From Malacoraja senta (lineage: Eukaryota): DNA of 64,000 nt. Positions 35,545 through 49,657 of this stretch are shown here, one piece after another. Both the position numbers and the translations under genes were made by a program. The DNA lies in contig CM075977.1 of NCBI GenBank assembly GCA_038087875.1, positions 372,868,001 through 372,932,000 of the forward strand, given 5' to 3'. The notes beneath the pieces were generated by a model. It ran no database searches. It was not told where the DNA came from and saw nothing but the letters and a program-made list of their open reading frames with translations. Position 1 is the first letter of the stretch. Each line of letters begins with the position of its first letter.

Positions 35545-38500
35545 TTAAGTGCATCATCCAAAAAGCAGAACCCTTAAAAGTGCATGGAGTTGTGCACTTT
35601 AGGCTCTGAGTTGTGGCTTAAATTATTGCCCTTCAGACTCAGAGAAAAAATAAACAAAGAGCTGACACAACTGACCATGGCATAGATATAGCATAGTAAG
35701 CAGTATATATATTTTTTTCTACATGCACTTTTTCAAAGTACTGCAACAAAAATATTAAGTATTGTGCTGTACAAAAATGGACCCTTTTACAACCAGAACC
35801 CTTGTGGAAGTATCAAGAGTACCTGCAACTGTCTTTGAATCCCTCCTAAGATAGACACAAAAAGCTGGAGTAACTCAGCGGGTCAGGCAGCATCACTGGA
35901 CAAAAGGAATAGGTGACGTTTTGTTCAAGACCCTTCTTCACACTGTGAGTCAGGGGAAAGGGAAACCCTTTGAATCTGGATTCTGCCAAAACTTCTTTCT
36001 CAAAGCTTATAAACTCTAACTGTGAGATTCTCATCTGTGATGGCACTCAACTGTCACAGAGTGTGGTTCACCTGCAACAACCTGCATGTATCGAGCATCC
36101 TGAATGTGGTAAAATATTTCAAGATGCTTCACAGTAACAATTAACAAACCAGCATGACTGCCATATCTTTTGTTGAGATGAAATATTGAATTATTAGGTA
36201 GAACAAATAAATCAATTTGAAACAGTGTGACAATGTTTTCACGTAGAAAGAGATATTGAATATCAGAAAACACCCCAATAAAATCATTGTTTGCATTTTG
36301 TATAATTTTTGTAACAAGTAGCTGCTAGAATACAAAAAGCTACTCTGTAGTGTCATCTCTGTCGTGGTATTTTCCCTTCGCGTAAGAAGAGCCACAATTT
36401 AGCGCCTGAAGTACACTATTTAGCTTGATGTTTGGGAACAGTATTGCGAGATTGTGGCACTGTCATTGTGCACAAGAGTGACGGGCCAGTGTGTCCAAAT
36501 GAGCAGCTGACAGTGTTTCTAAGATACATTTTTTAAAGTACACTTAATTACTATTTATTACATTTGTTTTGGATTGTGCAATGGAAAGTTCTGTCATGCT
36601 CCTTGAACGGGCACGTTAATTCTCCCCTTTCAATTAAGGAAGAATAAAAGTATTGAAACATACAGTTCTTTGAGTTCTTTGTTACAATACTGAATGAAAA
36701 GATGAGGATTCAGTACCACAGTTATAAAAACAATACGACTTTTTTGCAAAAACGCTCTAGTTGTGTAAAATGGAAATTGTTTCTCACAATTATAAGGATT
36801 TCAAGGTTGTCATTGCAAAAGCAGGCATAGTATTAATACAGCCAAAAGGAAACTGCTTTTTGGAAATCTTCTTTTTGCATCTTTTTTTCCGTTTATATCT
36901 ACTTCTGGTTGCACAGTTTGTAACTCCTCTGACTTTTTGTTGCGCATATACTTTCAGTAGAAATGTGAAATAAGATGAATACCCAGCTGGGTGGAAGCAT
37001 TAGTTTTGCACTGTTCTTCCTGACAAATGATCAAGTTTTGGCTGTCGAATCATATCAGTGGCATCTGATATAACGACGTGCGTATCCATTAATTGATGGA
37101 AATGTACTAGCTTTTATAAAACATAGTTTTCTTGCCAGGCATTTTCCATTGCAGTTGCACTTATATAGATTTCAAAACTACTCGTGTTGTGAGTAACAGA
37201 ACTCCAGTCCATGATTAAAAACTGAATGCTTTGTCATGCACCAGCATGAAACTGAGGATGAAGATGTGAATCACCTTTAATTTGCCTTGGATTGTTATAT
37301 TTATTTATTTTAATTTCCCACATGTTTTTTTTATATTGTGGCCACTTTTGAATGAAATGATTACCTCTTTGAACTGTGGGTTTATGTCAGTGTGTAAGTT
37401 GAGCTTGTCATGTGTGAGGCTGTTTTATGTTTTATATTGAGTCAACAGTACAGTTTCAGACTGGATAGATTATGTGCTAACCTTGGGGGGAAAAAATTCA
37501 AGGTATCTCTTGTTATTTTGCCCCAGTTAAGTCACAGCGATAAGTTTGTTCCAGTTTCCCTGAGGTTACCAGTATTGCAGTTACAGAAATGATGAGTTTG
37601 GTGACTGCTTTTACCACAAATGGTTATTTTCATGGTTGTGCAATTTGTGCAATTTAATTTGACTAACTACAGTTTTGGCAGCAAAGATGTGACTTTCTCT
37701 CATTACCAATTTTATTACCACCATAAAAAGCCTACCTTTGAAACCATCTTACAAATTCGTACAGAAAATGTTTAAAGACCCTTAATGTTTTTTGTTCCAT
37801 CTTGGCTGCTAACTCGACGACTTTTGTTCTAAGTGTAAATACTGGTAACATTTCTGGGGATATTGCCTTGGAAGAGTTGCTAAGCCCAATGCCTCATAAA
37901 TCCCTGCGCACTTGACACTGACTCATCCTGAAATTTGTCCATATTCCTGCAAATCCTATTTTTACTCCCAGTCAACCATAATCAGTGTTACTGTTTATGG
38001 CAAAAAAAGTACCAAAAATCAAACCTTATTGAAATTTAATTATGTTCAGGTCTAATAATTTACCCCCCCCCCCCCCCCTCTCCCCTGGTGATGAGTACAA
38101 CTCCACAGCTCTCAGGCTTTATTCAACAGTGCATATAGTGGGAGTCAAATATTCTGTCACTATAACAAGATGGTTCATTTATCCATTCAACTATCAGAGA
38201 GCATAACTTTGGGTAATAAAATAAAATCCTGTGTGATCACATTGGAAATACCAAGAGTAGGAGAGACAGCTAAGGAAAATATATCTGTTAAATTTATATG
38301 CATTTTAAATCCCCCTTCTTACATATTTGCGCCGAGTTGAGTATCATGTCCGTATGTTTATACACAACATGGCTATTATACATGTGGCGTTTAAGAGGCT
38401 TTTGGATAGATACATGGAAGTACAGGGAATAGAGGGATATGGATCATGTACAGGCTGATGAGATCTGTTTAACTTAGCATCATGTTCGGCACAAACATTG

Positions 38501-41500
38501 TGGGCCAAAGGGCCTGTTCCTGTGCTGTGCTCCAGCTCCGTGTGTCTTTTTATGACTGCTATGCATGTTGTCACATATTTGTATTAATAATATTGTATTA
38601 ACAATAGACTCTGAATTTATCTGAATCCAATATAATTATTGCAAGAATATAAACTTTTGAGTATTCTGCCATTTTACTTTATTATAATGTTTAACCAATG
38701 AATGTGGAGTGATGCAGATTGAAGTAAACTGGCCTCACAATTATCGGCAATGTTTCACAAAACTAAACATTTTGAAATAGAAACAGAACATATTACTGTT
38801 TGCTGATCAGTCAATGTGTAGGAAGGAACTGCAGATGCTGGTTTAAACCGAAGATAGACTCAAAATGCTGGAGTAACTCAGCGGGTCAGGCAGTATCTCT
38901 GGAGAAAAGAAATAGGTGACATTTCGGGTCGAGACTCTTCTTCAGATCGGTTATCGTTGGAAGTAGAAAAGCAGTTTCACCCTGGCCTTTTACAGTGACC
39001 CAATTCCGATTACAGTACTATAGGATTTTTTTCTGAATCGTAGACAAGGTTTTTTTTACTTTCATTGATAAAATTACAATCTCCTGACTGCATTTACTTT
39101 CAATTATCACATGCAATTCTCATGCTGAAATGTTGGAGAACTCCTAGTACAGCAAGACAAACTGGAGTACTCCCTTGTGTATATTGATTGTGCAAAATGA
39201 CAAATATCCAGGAGAAAATTACAAGGATATAAACCTAAACTTTGGGATTCAGGTGACTTGTAAATTGCTGGAGTTCTGTTCTTCATGGCTTATAATTTTT
39301 TCGGAGTCCCCCGGTGATGTTACACTGCCTTGTAACTTTCTCCCGTGTGGCTACTATTCTTTGCAGTAGATTTCTTGAATCGTACAAATCAGCCACTGAG
39401 CCACAAGAAAACGATGAACTGTAAATCAACATTTTAATCAGGTGTCCGTCTTAGTTGGGTTAATTTCCACAAATATCTTCTGTTTATTAATCGTTAAAGT
39501 GACCTCTTGGGCCCAGGTAGTGGCAACTTTATCCCAGGGTATCAAGAAAAAAAATATTACAACTGTTTGAAAGCTGCTCCTAAGGTAGAATTAATTCGGC
39601 ATGAATCTTACTTAACCATGAATTCTGCAGTAACTGAAAATATGACGGAGATTTGCTACTGGGTTTAAAATATCGGCTTTTTGAAAAATATTCTTGCATT
39701 TAGAATTTTACTGAAATGTTACCTGCTACAAGGTGGTTACGTCTGGAAAAATCTGCTTCATCTACTATGAGAAACAAGAATGTGGTACTGGGAAAACTAG
39801 TGAGGATTGTATCCCTTTTCTTTTTCATTGGCGGTCACTCGAAACGAGTATGGCTGTCCTCCTTTTCACCTTCCTTGCCAACATCCTACTTGTTCTCCCA
39901 GCAGAGTGATTCACATGTAGGTGTATTTGTTTGAGCACCATTAGCTCTCTAGCTGGCTAATATTCATGTGTATGCCTTGTTACCAAAGGGTGCCTGTTTG
40001 CTGGTATATAGGAAAGGTCTTAGTCATAGAGTGATACAGTGTGGAAACAGGCCCTTCGGCCCAATTTGCCCACACCGGCCAACATGTCTCAGTTATTTTG
40101 GTCCCACCTGCCTGCGCTTGGTTCATATCCCTCCAAACTTGTCCTATCCATGTCTTAAATGTGATCTCGGTCCTAGTTTAATTTTATTACTTAATTTACA
40201 AATTTTCCAGCAGGAATTACTAGGTAGAGGTGTGGGCAATAGTATTGGCAATTATGGCATCCCTGGTGTGAAAACAGTTCACCATTATATTTATAGCATC
40301 TGTGTTATAATGGAATCAAGGGATATGGGGAAAAAGGATCAGGGTACTGATTCTAGATGATCAGCAATGAGCTGGCTCGAAGGGCCGAATGGCCTACTCC
40401 TGCACCTACTTTCTATGTTTCTATGAAGTGTGTTATGCAGCTCTATAATTGAGCATCAATATCAGATCTCTACAATACCAGATCTGCCGTAAGATAGCTG
40501 TCCAAAAAGCAGATATAAATATAAATAAGAGCTAAATATTAAAGCTTTTCTAAATAACATAAGGTATAAATGCACTAAGGGTGCTTCAGAGCGAGGAGCA
40601 TGAACACTGAAAGCCTGTCACTAATAGAGGAATAGGGAGGGTAGAACATTCTGAGACCCAAGCTAAGATCAAGCACACAGCAAGTTTCAGACGAACCTAT
40701 ACTGTCTTGTATTAAGCAGTGCGGGCAGCGTACTGAGCCATGGCATGAGCATAAACATAAAGATGGGATGGTTGTTGCTTTAATTGGCATGGGTTCTGAA
40801 GTTCAGGTGGACCATGTGTATTTATTTATTTGCCTTGTTTTTATGTTAGTAAACCTGTGAAGTAACTGAATGCTGCCGGTTACAATGCACAAGAGTCCTT
40901 CCAAAGTATGACCATTGGATTACAAATCAAAAGCGATAAAACCTTGAGCAAATTGATCTGCACATTTTGTAAGACCACTAGAAGAGACATTGAAGAAGGC
41001 CTTCTGCCATTCAGAGCTGAGTTACCATTTATTTAACATTTTAATCAATTTATGGGGTTTATTAAACCGCGTTTCATTTCTTAAAACTGGAGATGGTTTG
41101 AAGCTTCTAAATTGTGGATTGGCAATGAGGCCAAGAATAATAAAAACAAAAACAAACACAAACAAGAACTGACAATGATGAGACCCATAATGAAAAATCT
41201 TTCAGTAGCATATTTGTGGTATAGATGTAAAAATATATCCAAGTTATTGCAGGCACTCAATTCACCAGGCAATCCATTAATGTGCAGCCTGGCACTTGTT
41301 TTTATTCCAAATATCAGAAAACTAAATGAATGCTGTGGGTGTGACTTATCTCTCCACCTGTCCGCAGACACTTTTGACGTATTTAGATAGGTGCTTCACA
41401 CCCAGGAATCTCCTAGACTTTGACAGATTTTGCCGAGCTCAGGAAGGTCACAATTTCCAACAAATCTCCTTAAATTGAAAACCTATGGTGAAAGGTTAAG

Positions 41501-41936
41501 CCAAATAATTGCACACTGGTTAAAGAGAGAAAACATGAAAGCAGGATAAATTGCAAGGTAATGACTAGTTGTCAAAAAACAAATGACACCCAGTTAATAA
41601 TCTCGTGTGGCCTCAGAGATGTCAAATAGATTGTGTACTGAATTCCGCAATATACAACTGCAGTAAACTAGAGAGCTACACTGGTGGAATTAAGTAAGGA
41701 AATACAGAATGAGGCTTGTATGGAACATTACGTATCAAAAATACTTATTTGGCAGAATAGTCTGTGTCTGTATTATACATGATATTCATCCCAAGTTGCC
41801 CAAAAGATAAATCTTGCAGTCACTTTTAAATCTCTTTCGACGTCCTGGTGATGTAAAAGGCGCTATATGAATGCAAGATCTTTCTTCTTGGTATCTACAG
41901 GCAGCAAGCTGTAGCTGGGTATACTTTGGCAAATCA

Positions 41937-42215
41937 TTTAATTTAGAGATACAGCTTGGAAACAGGCCCTTCGTCTCATCGAATCCATGGTGACCATTGA
42001 TCACCCGTACACTAGTTCTATGTCACCCCCACTTTCACATCCTACACACTAGGGACAATGTCCAGAAGCCAATTAACCTACAAACCTGTACACCATTAGA
42101 ACCCACCCGGTCACAGGGAGAACGTACAAACCCCGCATAGACAACATCTGTTGTCAGGTTTGTACTCGGGTCTCTGGTGCTATAAGGCAGCAGCTCCACC
42201 GCCGTGCCACTATGC
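41937..42215 (-). mobile_element. HE1-like V-SINE with internal deletion
   Basis: Head, part of the V-domain and tail recognisable. Confidence 0.85.
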
Positions 42216-44452
42216 AGGACCCAGAGTAATCTTTTTAAGAGGGGTATGAATGGAAGGAGGAGGAATAGTATTAATCAGAGACTAAACCTTGCATAAGATG
42301 ACTGAGGATCTTTCTTGAATTATAGCTTAAGAAATAATTAAACAGAGTACGTCAAGTGTATTCCATTAAATAAGAAAACAAATGTATCAAAAGCAAAGAC
42401 TTCCATTGCAAATAACACATATAGGAAGTGTATTGCTTCAGTTTTCTCTGAGGAGGAGGTGGCAATGGGACTGAGGACATATGTTTATATTCAGTCCCAT
42501 GTTGGGCAGTTCGCTAGGTGTAGAGCAGTTTATATTCCAGAATTCGGAAGGAAGTTGTTCCAGAATAGAACCAGGTCCAGCTATAATCCTAAAGTAAGCC
42601 AGGCAAGTAGTTCGGAATATAATTTTCCAAAATTTGTGGAAAGGAAATATGTTCCAGAAGTTTCTCACAAAAAGGAGTGGATGTAAGCCAGGAAATTGGC
42701 CTGTAAGCCTTACTTCTTCAAATAGACATAAACCTGAGAAGAGAGATGTTAGAAAGCAGGGATGAATGTGATTACAATCATTCAGTATGGAAACAGGCCC
42801 TTTGGCTCAAAGTGTCTATGCAACCATGATGCCTCACCTAAGCCGGTCCCATTTCCTGCAATTGGCCCATAGCCATCTGTCCAAGTAGACAGGTTCTGAT
42901 AGTAATTGACAACATTTTTAGGAGATTTTGAGAGGATGCCTACTAATGTTGTTCTGAATATTGCATAGAGAATAAACAAGAGGTAAACTTAAAATCATCA
43001 CAAAAAAATTCTAATTGTGGATTGGAAAATGACAATATAATTTTCAATTCTGTGCCCCTGACCAATTGCAGAAACAACCACATTCTTTTTAAGAGCTATT
43101 TAAAAATAAAACAAAATATTAGAGAATGTGAATGATGAGAGCGATCAGACCATGACTCATAGAGGGAAAAAAATCAGAGCTGGCATGAAAGACTTATGCA
43201 CCTGTGTCTGTACTGTAAGCCACTCCTGTACGAATACATCAAGCTTCAATGGGACATATGATTTATTTAATTATTGAGACTAAGGCTGAAAATGTTGGAG
43301 AATGCTGGATACCATGAAGATTGGGAGCTGAGAAGGCTGTGATTTGGCAAACAAAAAAACAATGAATATAAAAACATACTGGTGTAAAAGACGATATTTG
43401 CAATGAGTCTTGATTTTATTTTGTCATATTTTTAAAATGTCTGCAAAATGTGATTGATTCCTTTCGCATTTGCATTTGTTATAATCGATCGACATGTATT
43501 TATTTACAAGCAATAATCATTCTTTCAAAATTAACGTAATAATGTGCCATAGGACTATGAAAATGTGACATAATACCAGGTCCATTTAAAAGCTTTCTGA
43601 ATGCTGGGGTTCTCTCAAAATGTTTAATCTGCTGAAACTCTTCATTGGGATTTTGAAGGGTTAATCTCGGTCCTATCGTAGACCTAGCTAATAACTGACA
43701 GGAAGCAACTGGCTGCTTGTGTTCTTCGCTTCTCACCACAAGCTCTCCCAAATGTATTGGGTTACTGTCCTTTCATAAATACTCTTTATTCAGTTGGAGG
43801 ATGAACCTGGCAGTAAAACCATTACAAATCCTTTTTGCTAATGCTCCCATTTCATACTTTAAACATTTTATACTCTTAAAATCATGTTCATGCTATTTTA
43901 GTTTAGATAGTTGTCATTTTTGAGCAGCTGTTTATAATTAAGCACTTGCCAATGGGAAAATCTGACACAAGTGGAAGAGAAACATTACTGGGAATAGTTA
44001 CTAACAAAGTGTGGGTGCTGCCAATAGCTCGGAAACGCACTAAGGCTTCAGACAAACTTGAAGTAATACTGGTTACCTCCAGTTTGTGAGGCTTCCGGTA
44101 ACATTCTAACATGGAATGCCCCGTGTAAATGCACACATTATATAAAAACAAAAGAATCTGTCACGTCATTTGTAAAGTCATGGGAATCTCAATAAAATTT
44201 GGGATTGCAGTAATCCTATCTCCTGTATCAATCGTCTCTAATTGGCTTTGCCTACTGTGAATGTCAAATATTTGGAATGTGAAGGATTTAACATTCAATT
44301 TGGGCCAAAAAATTAGTCATTCTTTTAAGGGAAGAATTTGAAAGTCCAGATATTGTACCGTCAGAGTACTTTAGAGTTTGAGATTAATGGATGTAAATAA
44401 GTGAATCTCACAATAATTTACATAAGCAGAGACACACAGGTGCACATGCGCT

Positions 44453-44496
44453 CACACACACACACACATATATTATATATATGTGTGTGTGTGTGT
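44453..44496. repeat. (CA)n-(TA)-(TG)n self-complementary microsatellite
   Basis: CA run and TG run facing each other across a TA core. Confidence 0.9.
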
Positions 44497-47400
44497 CATA
44501 TATTTATTGTGTGATATTATAAGAACATTTACAAAGAACAGCCCTTTGGCTAAATTTTTTAATACGCAGATACTCCGGTGGCATTTGAAGAAGTCCTTGT
44601 TAAGTGATACTATGCTTGAATTGTCAGACAGCTGGCAACGCCTCTCCTGTGTGGTATTATTCTGTATAATATTTTTCTGCGAGTGAGCACTGTTTGTGTA
44701 GCGTTCCACATGGAGAAAATATCCAGCCGGGGAAAGGATGCATACTACTATAGTTTGTAATTTTGACAAGAGAAATGAGGTGCCATCTTTACTAATGGAC
44801 TGAAGGAAAGAAATTGCAGATACTGCAAAAATAGGTTTAGGTTCCAGGTATAACTCTGGCTCAGATGACAGGTTACTACTTTGAGCAGAAATAATATTGA
44901 TAGTGTTATTATCCTGCTGGTACCAGTTTGACACCAACATTCATGGGTTCACATTCATGTGCGCTGCATGTTCACACTGTTCCGATGCCAGTTACATTTT
45001 TAAGATTGGGACAGTGCCCAAACATTTTAAAGTTTGTTTTTCTGTCAGATTGCATCCATTGCAAGCTTGCTAGACTATCTGTTTAGTGGGGTCTTCCCCT
45101 GATTGCTTTAATTTCACGCTTTCATTAGTGAATTAACTTTCTCATTATCATATATTTATTCATTTATTAATATCAATATTAATAGTCACTAAAATACAGC
45201 CAGGTTATAAACAATCATTATTTTCTATGCCTAAAATAATGCTATTATAGTTTAAATTACATAAATATGTAGATATGACTAATTTTGCAGTTAGTTTAAA
45301 TATTTCTTTAAAAAAAATAATCTAATGAACTTGCTAAAAGATACTACTTTTCCCTTTAATTTTAAACCATTTTCTTTTGGGACAAGCACTTAAAAAAAAA
45401 ATTATTGATCCTTTCTAATAACCATTTTCAATAGGCCCATTCTTTGGAAAGTGAACTAAAATGTCACACACGTGACCAGATGTCATCACAAAGTGATACA
45501 TTAAAAAATTATTGTAAGAGATTAATCTTATTCATTGCTATTTTCCTACCTACATAACTATAATGTATGTCTGCTAAAGATATGAACATTCTAGCTATTT
45601 AAAATTCACAGAGGTTGTAATGCTTCCGTGTGATATCACACACGTGACCAGTAATATTTAACCTCTTACCCTAAATAAACATTGTCGGCATAACATATAA
45701 AAATAAACCCGGAAAAAAACACTTGATAAAGAATTATGGATCATATATGCAGTGCTAAATAATATACCTGTACTGCTTTCAGAAGAGATGTATTCCACAA
45801 TTTTTCGGCCTTTTGGTCACACACGTGACTAAGAATGGGGGAGCAATAACTATTTTCTTGAAGATTGTTTAATTTGAGATCTTTTAACCGAGTACCATGT
45901 CTTTATCCCCCAGAAGAAATTATACTGCATGAAAATACTATTCAAGAAAATAGTAATGGTTTGTTGTCAATACCATTATACCATTGCTTGCTTCAAGATT
46001 CAAGCCATTAATCTTTTTTCCGAGTTGACCTTGTTTGCTTGGGTCTGTGCTCGCCTTGATTCAAAGAGTGCCATTCGCGGAAGGGTTAATTCATTTCTGT
46101 TTTTGTGTATTACACAAGATAATCCCTTTGAATTGTTTTGGCTCAGTTTTTATGTTTTAATCCGACCCCTGATTCCTCTCATGCAGTGCTGTGTGACAGA
46201 ATGCTTCTTCCTGACGCTGCATGCTAGCACCCTTGCCACAAGATGAGATTGGCCATGTGTGCAGGACCACTCTTGTGACCCTCGAGTGTGCTTGCTTTTT
46301 TTTAATTGATGCTAAAACAGAGGACACTGTCATTGTGAAAGTGTTATTTTCTTGTCTTATTTCCACGTTGTGGTTTTTTACGGATGTGCATGATTATTGG
46401 AGATAAAAGTATTGGCCTGTGAGATTTTCTCTCTCAAAAATTGTTCCAAACTCTTACATTGATGTATAGAAACTGGCAAGTCCACACAGAACGAGGAACA
46501 AGTGCAGGTCAACCAAAATCACATTTAAATGCCTTTGGTAGTGAATGATCTTTCTCCCCTTCATCAGCCTATTTTTGTCTTGATGGTAACGTGTTTTCTT
46601 TGCATTAATTCATCTTTTTTTTTTCTTACTATGAACAATCATTTTCCGAAATCACATTTGTCTGCATTTCCACCCCCATCTACATTTTGGTATATTGCTG
46701 CAGAAATTGTTATTTTAGGTGCCTCATTAAGAGGAACATTTTTTGTAGGGATTTATATACTCGACATGCCTTAATTTGGACAGAAATTAATCTGCTAATC
46801 TTTCTTTAATTGTATCTCAAATATCAGTTAAGCAGCACATAATTAAGTAGTTTTCTCTTCCAGGCAAGTGAAGATTTCATACCCTAATTTCCAACCATAC
46901 TTCACATTTGCTAAAGACCTAGCTTGTGGCCTTGCAAATATACCTCTTGTTTCAAGTGTTACATCTCACAAATTTCACATCTTGTAACAAAGGCAAGGTA
47001 GATTCTTTACAGCAATGCAAGAGGTCTCTGATTTTCTGGTCCAATTCCTCAATTTGAAGTACATTTACAGGCAAGCATGAAGGTGCATACGGTTCTTTCT
47101 CAAACCATACAAAAAAAAAGTTGTTATTGTTTATGTTTTTAAGAAAATGCAATAATTTCTGCTAAAATTATCAGTGAAAACTGCACAGGTTGGAGCAGCA
47201 ATAGGGAGTGAGGGTTTTGCCTGGAAGAAGTTAACATCCTTTAACTTTGAACTGATTATTTTAAATCAGATATATATTTATATTTTAATGTTAAAGCTGC
47301 TTGCTCCTTTTTCAGGAAGAGTGTTCCTCTCTATGCTACTGTTGCTCTCAGTTAGCCTTTGTCATCCATTTTTACCTTGGCAGCTTTTATGCACCTGTCT

Positions 47401-49264
47401 TTTTGAGTGTGTCTCCTCCCTTTTACATGCTGCTACCTCGTTCTTTTTCTCCCACTTTATCACATGGCCCTTGCTTTTATTGTAGGCATGTGAGAATTCT
47501 GAGGACTTTTATTCAGTTGTATATATGGTGTAATTACCAAAGTATGATTAGACAGTGCAAAACCAAATTCTTAATTTGTCTCTCCATTACAATTAGGATA
47601 CTGCAAATCTTGAACACTGGCTTTACTACCCTGACATTATCAATGCAATTCTGAACTGAGCTGGTGAAGCAAGCTGAGACTGATGTAGAAACTTTACTGC
47701 CTTATCTATTTTTACAATTGATTGGACGTCTTGCATCATCACATGACTGCCTGGTGATGTGACCAATATTGGTAACACCAGTGTGGGGAAGAAGAGTCCA
47801 AATATCAACCAACTCTAGTTCTGCTTGAGTTGTCAGCTCTTTTGCAGTTCTGTTTAACCCTCCATAACTGCAGTTATTGATTTGGCCTTTACCCCAAAAA
47901 TATCTGGAACTCATATTTTCTATTTTTCACATGTTCTGATGAAGGCCGTTGTAGAAATGAGAGTACTGTACTGTATCATAGATTCTGATCCATAAAAAGA
48001 CATATTATGTTGCCAGCTTAAAGTTCTGTTACAAAACTTACCAGTCTCAGACTTGTAAAATACACCATGCAATTTCTTGGCGACGAGGAAAAGAAAAATA
48101 CACCATCAAGCTCATAAAAAAAGTAAAGACGCTCACTTGTTCCAAATATAATGTAATTCCATGCCCACACCTAAAAAAAAAGTACACTCTTGATTGATTT
48201 ATTTTTGAATGTGAGCATATTGGTATGGCACTCATTGCTGGGAAATGAATAAACTTCTTTCTGTTCTGCTTGCACAGTACTAATTTCAAATGGTCCTGCC
48301 TCAGCCATAATGTTTCATTCATCAGTTCCATCACACTAATCGGTGCAATGTTGAGAATCCATTGAGGTGCAATGTGAAGAAACCATGCCTTGTCCTGACA
48401 TTCCACTCTTCTGGCTTTCTATCCCATGGATAGCACACAACAAAAGCTTTTCACTGCACCTCAGTGCACGTAACAATAAACTAAACTGAAGAAGGGTCCC
48501 GACTCGAAATGCCACCAATCCATTTCTCCAGAGATGCTGCCTGACCCGCTGAGAAACTCCAGCATTTATTTTTATCTTTCCCAGGTGCAATACGAATAGG
48601 AACTCATGGTTACAGTGACAGCTCTCAGGTCAAGAAAATAGTTTGAGTCATGCTCAGTTCAAAACCTCACTGATTTTAGACTCCTGGTCAGATCTCTGCG
48701 CATCTTTTTGGGAATTATTCCAGCGAGATTGAATGCAAAAGCAGGGAGGGTATGCGGAAGCTGTATTGACCATTGGTTAAATCTAATTTCTAATGTAGGG
48801 GAACTGCTGGCAATATTGTTAGTACTTTCCTAGCATTGAAATTGGGGAAAAACAATGCATCAAACCACTGAGTAGTTTTAAACTATTGGAAGTTGAAAGA
48901 ATCATTTGTAAACGAGCTGTAGTTATACACATCTTATGTCAAGCTGCACCACCTCCTCAAGATGGTGTGCAACTGCTGCCAAATTACTGATTTCTTCAAA
49001 CCTGGCACTGCATACATATTTGGCTTTGCATTCCATACTTGCAAGCTAATTGTGTTTACTGTAATAAAGCCTGACTCAGAAAAAACACCTCCACTCCCTC
49101 GTACTTGAAGTTTCCATTAGAACAACTATATCTCTAAACTCAGGAGAGGGCTAAGGTTCTGTATTAGATGCTAAATTTAGCCTATGTCTTGCTGTGATTC
49201 CATCTTCCTCACAGCTCTTCATCCCTTTCATGATCCACTGATTAAAGAGCAAGGACATTGGACT

Positions 49265-49469
49265 GTGGGAAGGAACTGCATTGCTGGTTTAAGCTGAAGA
49301 TAGACACAAAAAAACAGAGTAACTCAGTGGGACAAGCAGCATCTCTGGAGAGAAGGAATGGGTGACGTTTCGGGACTGAAGAGAGGTCTCGACATGAAAC
49401 ATCACACATTCCTTCTCTCCAGAGATGCTGCCAGTCCCGCGGAGTTACTCCAGCATTTTGTGTCTATCT
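49265..49469 (-). mobile_element. Penelope-derived hairpin element
   Basis: Inverted arms; 14-bp TSD AAGGACATTGGACT (49251-49264, 49470-49483). Confidence 0.88.
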
Positions 49470-49657
49470 AAGGACATTGGACTTGGATGACTAGTTCAAA
49501 GAGGCAACAAATGCATAATGGATCTAACATCCTCCTCCATTGAATGATTCTATGAAAACCTGCAGTACCTTCCGCCTTAAAGTTCCACATAGTAGAGGAT
49601 TAATTCCTCCAAAGACTAAGCCAAGAGAGTCCATGCTGACTGCAGAGTCAGACCCAT

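Noticed and set aside
44612-44688. MLELSDSWQRL... ORF ending at GA|GTGAGC as a TCF4 first exon
   Set aside because: Donor is in phase 2, out of frame with the phase-0 shared exon.
44473-44940. 155-aa minus-strand ORF
   Set aside because: No homology recognised; it ends in a microsatellite and is probably a chance ORF.
45463-45829. CRISPR-like repeat-spacer array
   Set aside because: Eukaryotic context, 14-bp repeats with ~160-bp spacers, no cas genes.
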